IMG/VR virus record: IMGVR_UViG_3300006092_000329
Coordinates: 1,339-65,338 of that record
DNA length: 64,000 nt
Reading direction: 5' to 3' (one strand)
DNA from: a virus
Taxonomy: Duplodnaviria > Caudoviricetes
Shown: positions 62,224-64,000 of the stretch, piece by piece
Layout: the number at the start of each line of letters is the position of its first letter
Position numbering within the stretch: position 1 is the first letter of the stretch
Notes under the pieces: model-generated
The model's database searches: none
Told to the model about the DNA's origin: nothing
The model's input: the letters and a program-made list of their open reading frames with translations, nothing else
Translations under genes and position numbers: made by a program

Positions 62224-64000
62224 GCAGTCCTCAAGGAGTCCATCGACTGACCGGCGATGATCCGCTTTACGGTCATGTTCCCCTGAAGGCGCACCGAAAA
62301 CCGATCCGCCTTGTACCCACCAAGGAGGCGGAATGCCTTCCCCGATGTCACGTTCTTCGTGAACTTGGGCTGGCCGTTCACGTACAGGATGAAGGTCAGC
62401 GTGTTCCAGTTGGCGGGCGGAACGATGGCAAGGCCGGACGCATTCACCGCCCGCTTGTTCACGGCGAATCCGTTCACGCGCCCACGTGCGCTGGCGGTGC
62501 GGTTCCCCACGAAGCTAGGAGTCGTTCCGGGCGTGGTGCTCGCAACGGTCCTTGCCGCGTTCGCCGCGATCACGGCGTTCCTCGAAGCCTGAGCGGCAGC
62601 TACTTCAGCGGCAGTCATGCTGAAGTCCACGTCGATCTTGCAGGCTGCGAGATTGATCGGCTTCGGGAAGACGAACTCCTTCGACCACCAGTCGTAGTTC
62701 AGCTTCAGGCCGCTCGATGCGTCGAACTCGTACACGCCGCCACTGACACCGAGGTACAGCTTGCCGTTCGTCTCGTCGCCGTACAGGACGGGGGAACTCA
62801 GGCCGACCGTCTTGACCTGATTGTTGTCGCTCGGGTCGATGACCAGCATGGTGTACACGCCGTTGACGAGGTAGCTCGCCACGTACCGCTGGCCGTAGTG
62901 CGCACCGTAAAAGGTGCTCGGGTTGAGCAGCTTCCAGTCTTCCTGCCTGTACGTTCCGTCCGTGATCAGAGACGCGCCTTCAGGGCCAAACCTGACCAGC
63001 CCTTGAGGCGCTGCGTACTGGACGCCATACGGCATCTTGACCATGCTGCGCTTCGACATGCAGGGCCACGGCTGATCGATGGCCTCTCGGCTGATTGAGG
63101 CCGGGTCCGATCCCGTCATCGCATACGGCTTCCCGCTGGTGCCGATGAAGATCGAGTTGCCGAAAGCCTTCACCGCAACGACAGGGTGGGCCACACCCTT
63201 GCGGTACTTCGACGGCCACGCATACGGATACCCCGGCTCGCTGAAGCAAATCTCATTGGCCCTGAATCCGACATTGAAGCCGTTGGGGTGCTCGCACAGG
63301 CCGATCATGTCGGTCGGCGGCATCTCCCAATCGGTCGTCAGGATCGCCGATCCGGGCGTGAAGGTTCCCGCCACCGAGGTCGTGGTGTTCGCAACCGGGA
63401 TGTTGTCCTTCGCCAGATAGAAGTAGGTTCCGCTCGCCGACGTGATCGTCACGTACAGGCGCTTGAACATGCCGGTCGTGTTGTGCGGAGCCACTCGCGT
63501 CATCGTGCCGCCAGCGACGAACGCTCCGGGGTTGGCGGCGCATGCGTAGCTGACGGTCGTGCCGGTCACTGCGGTGAGCACAGCCTTCGTGGCGTTGTAC
63601 CCGGACGGGTTCATGCCAGCCACGTTAACGTACTCGCCGACACGCATGCCGAACGTCGAGGCCATGTTGACCGTGGCGATCCCGCCAGCCCACGATGCGC
63701 CAGTGATCGTGAACGTGTTCAGCGGAGCCACGTCCATCCCGGTGATATTGATCGTGTCGTCGGTCTTCATCGAGACGACGGCAGATGCCGGGGATGGCTG
63801 TGACTCCTCACCCCATGGGGTGACGAATGTGTAGCAGGCGGAACGCGACACCACGGTCGCGGACACACCGCCAGAGCCACTCAGTCCCGGAGCGGTTGCT
63901 GGAGGGTAGACACCGAGGACGAAGAAGGCATTCGGGTATGGAGTGCCTCCAGTAGCCAGCGAGAAGTTCGTGACCCTCGGCTCACCGTCCCCGGTGTAAT
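62220..64000 (-). CDS. Tail tubular protein B / stabilisation protein (5' truncated)
   Basis: Frame stays open from 63866 to window end (YTGDGEPRVTNFSL...); CYTFVTPWGEESQPSP, FSEPGYPYAWP and beta-propeller-like repeats. Confidence 0.8.
   Translation of the reverse strand, partial: YTGDGEPRVTNFSLATGGTPYPNAFFVLGVYPPATAPGLSGSGGVSATVVSRSACYTFVTPWGEESQPSPASAVVSMKTDDTINITGMDVAPLNTFTITGASWAGGIATVNMASTFGMRVGEYVNVAGMNPSGYNATKAVLTAVTGTTVSYACAANPGAFVAGGTMTRVAPHNTTGMFKRLYVTITSASGTYFYLAKDNIPVANTTTSVAGTFTPGSAILTTDWEMPPTDMIGLCEHPNGFNVGFRANEICFSEPGYPYAWPSKYRKGVAHPVVAVKAFGNSIFIGTSGKPYAMTGSDPASISREAIDQPWPCMSKRSMVKMPYGVQYAAPQGLVRFGPEGASLITDGTYRQEDWKLLNPSTFYGAHYGQRYVASYLVNGVYTMLVIDPSDNNQVKTVGLSSPVLYGDETNGKLYLGVSGGVYEFDASSGLKLNYDWWSKEFVFPKPINLAACKIDVDFSMTAAEVAAAQASRNAVIAANAARTVASTTPGTTPSFVGNRTASARGRVNGFAVNKRAVNASGLAIVPPANWNTLTFILYVNGQPKFTKNVTSGKAFRLLGGYKADRFSVRLQGNMTVKRIIAGQSMDSLRTA

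Overview
The window is almost an entire GC-rich tailed-phage genome (podovirus-like, with gene order and content reminiscent of Bcep22-type phages; that assignment is recalled family knowledge, not a database hit). It looks circularly permuted, since both ends cut minus-strand tail genes of what should be one late operon. Late operon, minus strand, from ~22.5 kb to position 1 and resuming at 64 kb: lysis cassette (DUF5675-like lysin, Rz/Rz1, holin), terS, small accessory genes, terL, portal, head-spike module, scaffold, N4-gp56-like capsid, adaptors, tail fibres, tail tube, GNAT, ejection proteins and a 3490-aa polyvalent protein. Early region, plus strand, 22.9-33.4 kb: a ~600-nt highly structured non-coding leader, many small genes, an ADP-ribosylglycohydrolase and an AAA/coiled-coil/peptidase-vWA triad. 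Replication genes (minus, 33.4-39.1 kb) diverge from a recombination/nucleotide operon (plus, 39.2-48.6 kb: ParB-like, HNH, Bet, nuclease, SSB, ThyX, KTSC). No integrase, CI repressor, polymerase, reverse transcriptase or CRISPR array was seen. Top leads: the structured early RNA with a 5-copy AGCCCC-N2-GGGGCT hairpin; a Tat-signal mini-protein built from permuted capsid motifs; an ART writer/ARH eraser pair; a GAGTNACTC palindrome enriched at ribosome-binding sites; and a tRNA-like element next to a KTSC gene. All family calls are motif recognition by eye. Several starts were moved from the ORF track to the codon with a ribosome-binding site or stop/start overlap.
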